DNA of 64,000 nucleotides from Bacteroidota bacterium (GTDB lineage Bacteria; Bacteroidota; Bacteroidia; Bacteroidales; Dysgonomonadaceae). The position numbers were made by a program, and so were the translations under genes. The notes beneath the pieces were generated by a model, which was given only the letters and a program-made list of their open reading frames with translations, had not been told where the DNA came from and did not search any database. The stretch is taken from contig JAEWQF010000032.1 of assembly GCA_023399295.1 (NCBI GenBank), forward strand, positions 2,209 through 66,208, given 5' to 3'. Of this stretch, positions 9,773 to 18,417 are shown piece by piece (within the stretch, counting starts at the first letter, position 1; the number at the start of each line of letters is the position of its first letter).

Positions 9773-9804
9773 ATGCTCAACAATTCAACAGTTCACCAGT
9801 TCAC
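9773..9804. repeat. Degenerate 8-bp tandem repeat across the arcA stop codon
   Basis: ATGCTCAA CAATTCAA CAGTTCAC CAGTTCAC. Confidence 0.5.
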
Positions 9805-11064
9805 CGGTGAGCGCCGCAGCGGCATTGTCATACAGCGGGGACCACCGCCACCACGTGGCAGCTCCGACCCTTCGAGGGTGATCACGCAGCGATCCGGTGT
9901 AGCGAGGTCGTAGCGTCCCTGAATCACTTCTGCAGCGCTCACAACGCGGAATCCGTGTTTGCTGAGTTCCTCCAATGTGTGTACGTTTCGTGCGTAGGAG
10001 AGTACCTTTCCCGGAGCAATTGCCAGGAAGTTGGCACCACTGTGCCATTGCTCCCGCTCCTGATCCCAGTCGTCGGCCTTGCCGCCACATACCACCGGTT
10101 CCAGGTCAAGCCCCAGCTTACGAAGCAGGGGTAGGATGCCTCCGGCAGCACTGATCCTGGCAACCCTGCCGTGGTCGATCTGTATGTGGACTGTCTGGTA
10201 ACGGGAGTTGTCCAATATCAGTGGTTTGTAGACCATTGCCTTGTCTCTGTCGAGCATGGTGAACACCATGTCGAGATGAATAAAGGATTCGGGTGATTCA
10301 GGCAATTGCTGAACGATCACATGTTTTTTCCCCGATCCGTTCCGGCAAAACTCCTTCACCAGCATGTCGATTCCCTCTGTTGTGGTCCTGGCACCATTGC
10401 CGATCAGCAGGATATCCTCCCTCACCACCAACAAATCTCCCCCCTCAATCTTTACCTCGGGGTTGTGTTGTGACAGTTGGTAACTGTTCAGCTTCCTGTT
10501 CTCGAAAAAGAGACCGCTGTCGAAGATGGCATCCATGATCATTGCCTCACGCATCCGTACGTTGTTGGCCATCTTGCAAACCAGTGCACTGTTGCCGATT
10601 ACTGCGGAGGCGTCGCGTGTAAAGTAGAAGTTATAGAGTGGTTTGAGGGCATAATACTCTTCCCTGAGAAAATCGGTAAGCGTGCCAACCTTAAGGGGAA
10701 GTCCCTCGATGAGTATGGTAGCAAGTGTTGCAGGCGGCAGCTCTGTCAGGTAATCAAAATAGTCTGGTACCTGTTCGGCCGCACAGATCTGTCCAATCAG
10801 TGCCTTCTTGTGTGCGTCCGATGACAACAGTCTGGTAAGCAGATCTGTAACCTTGAACACCTTGGCTTGTTTCTGCAATACACCCAGCAGTTGGTCATAT
10901 TCCCTGCAGGCAATCGAGAGGTTCAGTATGTCGCTGTAAAGGGCTCTCTGCGCGTTTCGGGGAGTCATATTCTCCACTTCTGCGCCCGGGTAGTGCATCA
11001 ACACCGCCTCCAGGTTTCCGATCTCAGACTGTACAGACAGGGGCAATAGATGATTCTCTTTCAT
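9793..11064 (-). CDS. arcA: Arginine deiminase
   Basis: SEIGNLEAVLMH, NFYFTRD, IEGGD, HLDMVFT and C-terminal RGGGGPRCMTMPL with the catalytic Cys. Start set at ATG 11064; TATATTTG on the minus strand at 11083-11090. Confidence 0.92.
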   Translation of the reverse strand: MKENHLLPLSVQSEIGNLEAVLMHYPGAEVENMTPRNAQRALYSDILNLSIACREYDQLLGVLQKQAKVFKVTDLLTRLLSSDAHKKALIGQICAAEQVPDYFDYLTELPPATLATILIEGLPLKVGTLTDFLREEYYALKPLYNFYFTRDASAVIGNSALVCKMANNVRMREAMIMDAIFDSGLFFENRKLNSYQLSQHNPEVKIEGGDLLVVREDILLIGNGARTTTEGIDMLVKEFCRNGSGKKHVIVQQLPESPESFIHLDMVFTMLDRDKAMVYKPLILDNSRYQTVHIQIDHGRVARISAAGGILPLLRKLGLDLEPVVCGGKADDWDQEREQWHSGANFLAIAPGKVLSYARNVHTLEELSKHGFRVVSAAEVIQGRYDLATPDRCVITLEGSELPRGGGGPRCMTMPLRRSPVNW

Positions 11065-11283
11065 ACACAATTTTCTTTCAAACAAATATAAACAAATTGT
11101 GACATTCGACAACATTTCTGTACAAAAAGAACTCTTTTTTTGGAGGTGCTACCAGAACGTTATTTTTTTTTTATATATTTGAAACTTGTGACCCCCTGCT
11201 ACCCACTTTTTGATGCGGTTTTCCGTTGATGCACCGGTAGCCCGGAGTTACTTGTAATCTTAGAAAATGAGGGGGATACATCA

Positions 11284-12291
11284 ATGGCGCAAATCACCTT
11301 AAAAGATATCGCAAAAGCACTTAACTTGTCGCCTTCTACCGTGTCACGGGCCATGAAAGATCATCCCGCTATCAGTGAGGAGACACGCAAGCTGGTGCAT
11401 GCTTATGCGCTGGAACACAGGTACAAGCCAAACACCCTGGCCATGCAGTTGCGCACCAACCGGAACAACACCATCGGGGTCATCGTGCCGGAGATCGTGC
11501 ATTATTTCTTTTCCACTGTGCTGTCGGGTATTCAGGTGGAAGCGGAGGGTGATGGCTACAATGTGCTCTTCTGTCAGTCAAACGAAGATTACGCACGTGA
11601 GGTACGCAGCGTGGAGACGCTGCTGGATGCACGGGTATGTGGTATCCTGGCCTCCCAATCGAAGACAACAGCCCGATTTGACCATTTTGGAGAGATCATC
11701 GAAAACGGGGTGCATCTTGTGTTTTTTGATCGCATCTGTACCGGCATCAACACCGATAAGGTGGTGGTGGATGATTACGCGGGTGCCTATCATGCGGTGG
11801 AGCATCTGATTGAGACGGGTTGCCGACGGATTGCATTTCTTGGCTCCACACCCACCATGCCCATTGCCAATAACAGGAGGATGGGTTATGAGGACGCCCT
11901 GCGCAAACAGAAACTAACGGTGGTGAGCGAGATGAGCCGTATCTGCGATACCGTGGAGCTGGCGCACAGCGTGGTGCCTGAGATGCTACAGCTGCAACCG
12001 GTACCGGATGCCTTCTTTTGCATCAATGATGAGGTCGCCTCCTCCTGTATCCGGATAGTGAAAGCTGCCGGCTACCGCGTTCCCGATGAGATCTCGGTGT
12101 GTGGATTCACCAACAGCTACCTCACCGAGGTGACCGATCCAACCCTGACCAGCGTGGATCAGCACGGCTTTGAGATGGGACGTACTGCAGCCCGGCTGCT
12201 GATCAACCGTATTGAGGGCAAAGAAACCAAGCCGGGTGCGGTGAGCCGCCTGATCAAGACCGACCTGGTTGTAAAGAGATCGACACGATAA
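11284..12291 (+). CDS. LacI-family transcriptional regulator (MalR-like)
   Basis: ITLKDIAKALNLSPSTVSRA HTH, YKPN..A..L hinge, sugar-binding domain with PTLTSVDQ; TATATTTG at 11174-11181. Confidence 0.93.
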   Translation: MAQITLKDIAKALNLSPSTVSRAMKDHPAISEETRKLVHAYALEHRYKPNTLAMQLRTNRNNTIGVIVPEIVHYFFSTVLSGIQVEAEGDGYNVLFCQSNEDYAREVRSVETLLDARVCGILASQSKTTARFDHFGEIIENGVHLVFFDRICTGINTDKVVVDDYAGAYHAVEHLIETGCRRIAFLGSTPTMPIANNRRMGYEDALRKQKLTVVSEMSRICDTVELAHSVVPEMLQLQPVPDAFFCINDEVASSCIRIVKAAGYRVPDEISVCGFTNSYLTEVTDPTLTSVDQHGFEMGRTAARLLINRIEGKETKPGAVSRLIKTDLVVKRSTR

Positions 12292-12299
12292 GCCTTTCA

Positions 12300-12313
12300 T
12301 GCATTCGTTTGCA
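12300..12313. promoter_or_regulatory. Putative LacI operator upstream of the MFS transporter
   Basis: TGCATTCGTTTGCA pseudo-palindrome with central CG; 13/14 identical to the site at 29025. The -7 element TATATTTG is at 12368-12375. Confidence 0.7.
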
Positions 12314-12398
12314 CAAGTATTGCGGCAGTTCGGTACGGTGACAGGCTTCATGGTGGGGAATACTCCCTATATTTGTCTATGACATAAACGTTTGTATC

Positions 12399-13928
12399 AT
12401 GAAGAAAAGACACCTTTCCTTTTGGGAGATATGGAACATGAGCTTCGGGTTCCTGGGCATTCAGTTTGGCTTTGCCCTTCAGAATGCCAATGTGAGCCGT
12501 ATATTTGAGACGCTCGGTGCCCGGGTGGAGGATATCCCCATCCTCTGGATCGCTGCTCCTATCACGGGGTTGATCATTCAACCCATCATTGGCCACCTGA
12601 GCGACAACACCTGGAACCGTTTTGGCCGTCGTCGTCCCTATTTCATGATAGGGGCTATCCTGACTACACTGGCTCTCTTTTTCATGCCCAACTCACCCTC
12701 GCTCTGGATTGCCGCGGGTATGCTCTGGATCATGGACGGTTCAATCAATATCTCGATGGAGCCGTTCCGTGCCTTCGTGGGTGACAACCTACCCTCCGAA
12801 CAGCGCACCATGGGCTTTGCCATGCAGAGCTTCTTCATCGGTACTGGAGCCGTGGTTGCTTCGGCACTCCCTTATATCCTTACCAACTGGTTCGGCGTAC
12901 CCAATACGGCCCCCGAGGGGATGATACCGCTATCGGTGAAGCTCTCCTTCTATATCGGTGGGGTGGTTCTCTTCCTCTCGGTGCTCTACACGGTGCTCAC
13001 CTCGAAGGAGTACTCGCCGGAGGAGCTGGCTGCCTTCGAGGAGGAAAAGGAAAAGATGACCGGCGTGAAGAGCGTTGCTAAAATAGCGGTTACCTCCGGT
13101 CAGTTCCTGCGCAAAGGAGCGATCTGGACCCTGGTTGGGGTTGTTGCCTCCGCGCTGATCTTCTTCTCCTCCCTCGGTGAACAGAACGGGCAGCTTTACA
13201 TCGTAGGAGGTCTGTTGCTGGTCTTCGGAATCATCCTGCTGCTCTCCGGTGTGATCACCAAGAGCTCTTCAAGTACAAATGGCATGGTGGCGATCATGAA
13301 CGACCTGCTCCATATGCCCAAAACAATGGGGCAGTTGGCGGTGGTGCAGTTCTTCTCCTGGCTCGCCTTCTACGCCATGTGGATCTATACCACACCCGCC
13401 ATCACGCAGCATGTTTACGGTACCACCGACTCCAGCAGTCTGCTCTACAACCAGGGAGCCAACTGGGTGGGAGTGCTCTTCGCTGTCTACAACGGGGTCT
13501 CAGCCATCAGCGCTTTCCTGTTGCCGGCACTGGCACGACAGATCGGACGCAAGGCGACGCATGCCATTGCCCTGACAATGGGAGGAGTGGCCTTCATCTC
13601 CCTCTTCTTCATAGGTGATCCCCAGCTGCTGTTGCTCCCCATGATTGGTGTCGGCTTTGCCTGGGGAAGCATCCTCTCCATGCCCTACGCCATCCTCACC
13701 GGTTCGCTGCCGGCCGATAAGATGGGAACCTACATGGGCATCTTCAACTTCTTCATCGTCATCCCGCAGATCCTGGCTGCCAGCATCCTGGGATATATCA
13801 CCAGCGAGCTGTTCGAGGGGCGGGTGATCCTTACTCTGGTGCTCGCCGGCTGTTCGCTGATCGTGGGAGCCCTGAGTGTCTTCCTGGTGCAGGACAGTGA
13901 TGATGTCTACAAGATGCAGAAAAAATAA
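12399..13928 (+). CDS. MFS (GPH/SLC45-like) maltose/maltodextrin transporter
   Basis: IWNMSFGFLGIQFGFALQ, GHLSD.TW.RFGRRRPY, MEPFRAFVGD, GTYMGIFNFFIVIPQ; multiple transmembrane segments. Confidence 0.88.
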   Translation: MKKRHLSFWEIWNMSFGFLGIQFGFALQNANVSRIFETLGARVEDIPILWIAAPITGLIIQPIIGHLSDNTWNRFGRRRPYFMIGAILTTLALFFMPNSPSLWIAAGMLWIMDGSINISMEPFRAFVGDNLPSEQRTMGFAMQSFFIGTGAVVASALPYILTNWFGVPNTAPEGMIPLSVKLSFYIGGVVLFLSVLYTVLTSKEYSPEELAAFEEEKEKMTGVKSVAKIAVTSGQFLRKGAIWTLVGVVASALIFFSSLGEQNGQLYIVGGLLLVFGIILLLSGVITKSSSSTNGMVAIMNDLLHMPKTMGQLAVVQFFSWLAFYAMWIYTTPAITQHVYGTTDSSSLLYNQGANWVGVLFAVYNGVSAISAFLLPALARQIGRKATHAIALTMGGVAFISLFFIGDPQLLLLPMIGVGFAWGSILSMPYAILTGSLPADKMGTYMGIFNFFIVIPQILAASILGYITSELFEGRVILTLVLAGCSLIVGALSVFLVQDSDDVYKMQKK

Positions 13929-13946
13929 CTGACCAATTATAAAAGA

Positions 13947-15302
13947 ATGAAAAAAATACTACTCTACACCCTGCTCATCACCCTGTTGGTGTCGTGCGGG
14001 AACAAAAACAAACAAGCTGAAACGACCGGTACTGCCGAGCATGTCCGACCCGAATGGGTGTATGATGCGGTACTCTATGAAGTCAACACGCGTCAGTTCA
14101 CTCCCGAAGGGACGTTCACTGCCTTTGCAGCACACCTGCCCCGTCTCAGTGAACTGGGTGCCGATATCCTCTGGTTTATGCCCATACAGCCGATCGGTGA
14201 AAAAGATCGCAAGGGCACGCTGGGAAGCTACTACTCCATCATCGATTATACCGCGGTGAACAGTGAGTTTGGCACGCTGGACGATTTCCGGAAGCTGGTC
14301 GATCAGGCTCACGGACTGGGTATGAAGGTGATCCTCGACTGGGTGGCCAACCATACCTCGCGCGATGCGCTGTGGGTGGAGGCTCATCCCGAATGGTACG
14401 TGCGGGACAGCCTGGGTGAGCTGAACGTGATGTACGACTGGACCGATATTGCCCAGCTCGATTACAGCAAGCCGGAGATGCGTGAAGCGATGATTGCCTC
14501 TATGCTCTTCTGGGTGCGCGAAACCGGTATCGATGGCTTCCGTTGCGATGTGGCGGGTGAACTGCCGACCGACTTCTGGGTAGAGGCGAAGGATTCACTT
14601 ACAAGGCTCAATCCGGAAATCTTTATGCTTGCCGAGGCGGAGAAGCCTGAGTTGAACGAGTCGCTGTTCGATGCCTACTATGCCTGGGATTTCCACCACC
14701 GAATGAATGCGGTGGCGCAGGGTGTGGAGGGTGTTGATTCGCTCAGGGCGTCATTCGACAGGATGACCGATCATTTCGCCCCTGACGCCATCCCGATGTT
14801 CTTCACTTCCAACCACGATGAGAACTCCTGGAACGGTACCGAGTTCGAACGGATGGGTGAGGCGGCACGCAGCTTTGCAGTACTCACCTATATGCTGCCC
14901 GGCATGCCATTGATCTACAGTGGTCAGGAAGCCGGTTTCGACCATCGATTGGCTTTCTTTGAGAAGGATGAGATCGACTGGAGCGATCCGCAGGATTTCA
15001 CCTCTTTATACACCGCACTGAATCGTTTCAAAAAGGAACAGAAGGCGCTGCAGGCTCCCGGCCGCAGTGGTAAGATGAGCGAGATTGGAAATGACAGGCC
15101 GCAGTCGGTATGGTCTTTCCGCCGCATGAACGAAGGCAGCGAGGTGATCGCATTGCTCAACCTAAGCAACGAAACGGTAGAGGTAACCTTCGAGGAGCCC
15201 CTGCCGGGTGTGGGTTATCACCTCTTTCCCGGTGGGGAGGAGGCTGAAGCTGCCACAATGATGCAGCTTAGGCCCTGGGAGTACAGGATCTTTTACAAGT
15301 AA
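13947..15302 (+). CDS. GH13 alpha-amylase family lipoprotein
   Basis: Lipobox LVSC; GH13 conserved regions DWVANH, DGFRCDVA, LAEAE and NHDE. Confidence 0.9.
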   Translation: MKKILLYTLLITLLVSCGNKNKQAETTGTAEHVRPEWVYDAVLYEVNTRQFTPEGTFTAFAAHLPRLSELGADILWFMPIQPIGEKDRKGTLGSYYSIIDYTAVNSEFGTLDDFRKLVDQAHGLGMKVILDWVANHTSRDALWVEAHPEWYVRDSLGELNVMYDWTDIAQLDYSKPEMREAMIASMLFWVRETGIDGFRCDVAGELPTDFWVEAKDSLTRLNPEIFMLAEAEKPELNESLFDAYYAWDFHHRMNAVAQGVEGVDSLRASFDRMTDHFAPDAIPMFFTSNHDENSWNGTEFERMGEAARSFAVLTYMLPGMPLIYSGQEAGFDHRLAFFEKDEIDWSDPQDFTSLYTALNRFKKEQKALQAPGRSGKMSEIGNDRPQSVWSFRRMNEGSEVIALLNLSNETVEVTFEEPLPGVGYHLFPGGEEAEAATMMQLRPWEYRIFYK

Positions 15303-15332
15303 ACTCGCAGCGGATGTTTCCGCACAAGGCAT

Positions 15333-15369
15333 AAAAAAACCCGGGCATCCTCTGTCCGGGTTCTTTTTT
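15333..15369. terminator. Bidirectional intrinsic terminator between GH13 and flavodoxin
   Basis: A-tract, AACCCGGGCA/TGTCCGGGTT stem, T-tract; lies between convergent genes. Confidence 0.85.
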
Positions 15370-15374
15370 GCTGT

Positions 15375-15881
15375 TTACTGCAGGTAGGGCTTCAGTTGTT
15401 CCACCCAGGCGGCAATTCGTTCATCGGTCAGCTCAGGCTCGGTGTCGTCGTCGAGCGGCAACCCCACGAACATCTCATCCACCAGCGCACGGGAATATTC
15501 GAAGTCATACCCTTCGGGTGAGACCTGTCCCACGACAGTCGCACCTTTTTCTTTCACGATCTCGTAGAGGATGCCGATGGCATCGACAAATGAGCTGGGG
15601 TAGATGGAGGCATCGCCCATGCCGAAGATGGCGACGGTCTTGCCGGAGAGGTCCAGTTTCTCCAGCTTGGGGTAGAAGTCGTTCCAGTCGTCCTGCAGGT
15701 CCTGCACCCCCCAGGTGGAGACCCCCATGATCAATACCTCGTGTGTGAGGAAGGGTTGTTCATCTCCGTCGTAAATGTCGACCAGGGTGGGGGTGTAATC
15801 TGCCATCACTGCAGCGATCTTCTCTGCGGCTCTCTTGGTGTTCTCGGTACTGGATCCGTAAATAATTGCAATTGACTTCAT
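15375..15881 (-). CDS. fldA: Long-chain flavodoxin
   Basis: IYGSSTENT FMN loop, GVSTWG, FGMGD..YP..FVDA, FVGLPLD. Confidence 0.92.
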   Translation of the reverse strand: MKSIAIIYGSSTENTKRAAEKIAAVMADYTPTLVDIYDGDEQPFLTHEVLIMGVSTWGVQDLQDDWNDFYPKLEKLDLSGKTVAIFGMGDASIYPSSFVDAIGILYEIVKEKGATVVGQVSPEGYDFEYSRALVDEMFVGLPLDDDTEPELTDERIAAWVEQLKPYLQ

Positions 15882-16012
15882 GCGATAATATTGTATTTCC
15901 TGTTGATGTTTCTGTCATGCACCCTTATCATCGGGTTATCTATGTAAACACAAACGGGATGAAAAAGTTTTTAAAGAGGTTGTCGGATCATCCAAATATC
16001 ATCCATGTATTG

Positions 16013-18370
16013 TTATGGTTCGAAAGAGGTAAAGATCCGGAAGCTGTTGGCCGGCACGCTGACGGACATTGACAGTGTGTGCACCGTGCTCTTTTCCACC
16101 GGGTTGAGGTAGTTGTACCAGTCGCCCTGTTTCGGGAAGGTGGTGGTTGCCTCGATGGCTGAGTTGGTGAAGTTGCCCACCACCACCACCTGTTTGGCAC
16201 TGCCGAAGGAGGAGAGAGTCAGGAAACGGCCCTGCTCCCAGAACGATTCGGTCACCTGCCAGTTGAGTGTGGCGGTTGGAGTGAAAAGTTCCGGATGATC
16301 CCGTCGCAGGTTGATCAGCGCCATGTAGGTATCATGGAGCGCTTTGCGTTCCGGCACCTCCAGGTATTCCCACCGCACCGGTTTGCGTCCTGTACGTCCG
16401 TTCTGATCGATGGAGACATCATAACCCAGCTCGCCGAACTGCCACACCATCTTCGGGCCGGGTACGGTGAAGAAGAAGGCGGCGTTGACTCCCAGCTGGG
16501 CCATCTGCGCATCGAGACTTGTCTTCAGGATGCCATTGCCATACTGTGCCTGTTTGTAGGCGGCCCGTTCCTCGTCGTGGCTCTCCATATAACTCACCAG
16601 GCTGTTCGAGGGGCGAGCAGAGGTATTGTAATAGAGACCCCTGAAATCAGATTCGCTCTTCCAACCCATGGCTGCCTGCGCATAGGCGTGGTTGCGGTTG
16701 CGCCACACCATCATGCCGTCGTTGCTGAGCTCCGTCTCCTCCTTGTCGTCGGCGAAATGTTCCAGGATCACCCAAGCTGCCGGATCCACCGCCTTGATGG
16801 CCTGGTTGTACTCCTTCAGGATGGCCACACGGGAGGCGTCGTAATTGCTAGCTGTTGACTCGGTAGAGGAGCGCTGTGTGAATCCCTTGGTGAGGTCGAA
16901 CCGGAAGCCGTCGATGTGGTACTCCTCCAGCAGGAACCGCAGGTTGCGCTTCACGAAACTGCGCACCAGCTCCGACTCATGGTTGAAGTCGTGGAAGACG
17001 CTATAGGGGTGGGGGGCTTCCACATTGAAGTAGGGGTTGTTTGCTGCTGTTTTGTTGTTCGCCGCATCCCACCACATCTTTGCAAAGGGATTGTCACCGG
17101 TGGCGTGGTTGTAGACCACGTCGAGGATCACCGCCATGCCCCGCTTGTGACACTCATCGATAAACTGCTTGTACATCCGGTCGGTGCCGTAGGCCTTGTC
17201 CATGGCGAAGAAGAAGGCGGGGTTGTAACCCCAGCTGTCGTTGCCGTCGAACTCCTGCACCGGCATCAGCTCGATGGCATTCACGCCGAGCGACTGCAGA
17301 TAGTCCAGCTTCGCCATCGCCCCGTTGATGTCGCCACTTTCCGTGAAGTCGCGCAGCAACAGCTCGTAGATCACCAGGTTGTCGCGTGAGGGTTTCTCGA
17401 AGTGGGGAACCTGCCAGTTAAACGTCTCCTGTTGGATCTTGAATACCGAGACCATCCCTATGGCTCCCTCGGGGTAGGTCAGATTTCCCGGGTAAGTGGT
17501 GGCAGAGATATATTTGTCGTTGTTTGGATCCAGCACCTTGCGGGCATAGGGATCAGCTACGCGGATGGCATCCTTGCCGCTGCTGCCCACATAGTACTGG
17601 AAGGCATACTCTTTTGTCTGGTCGAGGCCGGTGAGGGTGATCCACCAACAGCCGGCGGCATCGTCGCGGAACATCTGCGACTGCACGTCGTTGCTCAGCG
17701 TCCAGTTGTTGAAGTCGCCCACCAGATGAGCAAAATCCTTCCGTGCGCCATACTTGTCCTTATCATAGAGCACCAGCATCACGGTGTTGTTGTCCACGAT
17801 GTTGATGCCATGCTCCATCCCTGTGGGGAGAGTGCCTGTCTTGATGGCTCCCGGCTGGAAGGGCTTGTATTTGCTGTCGGTGATGCCGGTGATGAACGTG
17901 TCATTCTCAATTCCTTTTTTTGTGCCATCGGCACTTCGGATCACGATGCCGATCCTGTTTACCGGTGTCTCGCCTGAGCCAAACCACTGGCGGATGGAGG
18001 GAGTCAGTTGGATGCTCCAGGTGCTCTTTTCATCTGCCACCTTTGTCATCCTGCATTTGGCGATGTTCTCATCCCATGCTGCAGGCACATGCTTCCAGGT
18101 GCCCTCGCTCACCACGCCGATATGGATGTATACCTCACCGGTGTAGTTATTCAACTGCGATGTTGAGGCAGCTTTGAACCAGATTGTCAGCTCCTTGTCG
18201 GCATCGGGTGACGCAAGGTCCCATGAGATACCCTCCTTGATGGTGACCGGTTTTTCCGGCTCCGGCTCGGGTTCCGGTTGGGGTTCTGGCGTCACCACCG
18301 GATCCTCCGCACAGGAGAGAACGAAGAGGATCATCAACAAATATAGAAAGGAATGGACTGAAAATTTCAT
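16013..18370 (-). CDS. Multidomain GH13 alpha-glucan hydrolase lipoprotein (N-terminal accessory domain, CBM48-like domain, catalytic domain)
   Basis: Lipobox VLSC; PE-repeat linker; VGDFNNW...DPYA; IYELLLRDF, NDSWGYNP, DVVYNH, DGFRFDLTK, LEHF, SHDEER. Confidence 0.88.
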   Translation of the reverse strand: MKFSVHSFLYLLMILFVLSCAEDPVVTPEPQPEPEPEPEKPVTIKEGISWDLASPDADKELTIWFKAASTSQLNNYTGEVYIHIGVVSEGTWKHVPAAWDENIAKCRMTKVADEKSTWSIQLTPSIRQWFGSGETPVNRIGIVIRSADGTKKGIENDTFITGITDSKYKPFQPGAIKTGTLPTGMEHGINIVDNNTVMLVLYDKDKYGARKDFAHLVGDFNNWTLSNDVQSQMFRDDAAGCWWITLTGLDQTKEYAFQYYVGSSGKDAIRVADPYARKVLDPNNDKYISATTYPGNLTYPEGAIGMVSVFKIQQETFNWQVPHFEKPSRDNLVIYELLLRDFTESGDINGAMAKLDYLQSLGVNAIELMPVQEFDGNDSWGYNPAFFFAMDKAYGTDRMYKQFIDECHKRGMAVILDVVYNHATGDNPFAKMWWDAANNKTAANNPYFNVEAPHPYSVFHDFNHESELVRSFVKRNLRFLLEEYHIDGFRFDLTKGFTQRSSTESTASNYDASRVAILKEYNQAIKAVDPAAWVILEHFADDKEETELSNDGMMVWRNRNHAYAQAAMGWKSESDFRGLYYNTSARPSNSLVSYMESHDEERAAYKQAQYGNGILKTSLDAQMAQLGVNAAFFFTVPGPKMVWQFGELGYDVSIDQNGRTGRKPVRWEYLEVPERKALHDTYMALINLRRDHPELFTPTATLNWQVTESFWEQGRFLTLSSFGSAKQVVVVGNFTNSAIEATTTFPKQGDWYNYLNPVEKSTVHTLSMSVSVPANSFRIFTSFEP

Positions 18371-18417
18371 GCGGTGTTGTTTTGGGAAATCAGGCGTATA
18401 ACGGGATCATCGTTTTT

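Noticed and set aside
18250..18292. Short tandem repeat (CCGGCT-like units)
   Set aside because: It encodes the Pro-Glu linker of the GH13 lipoprotein; it is not a CRISPR or contingency repeat.
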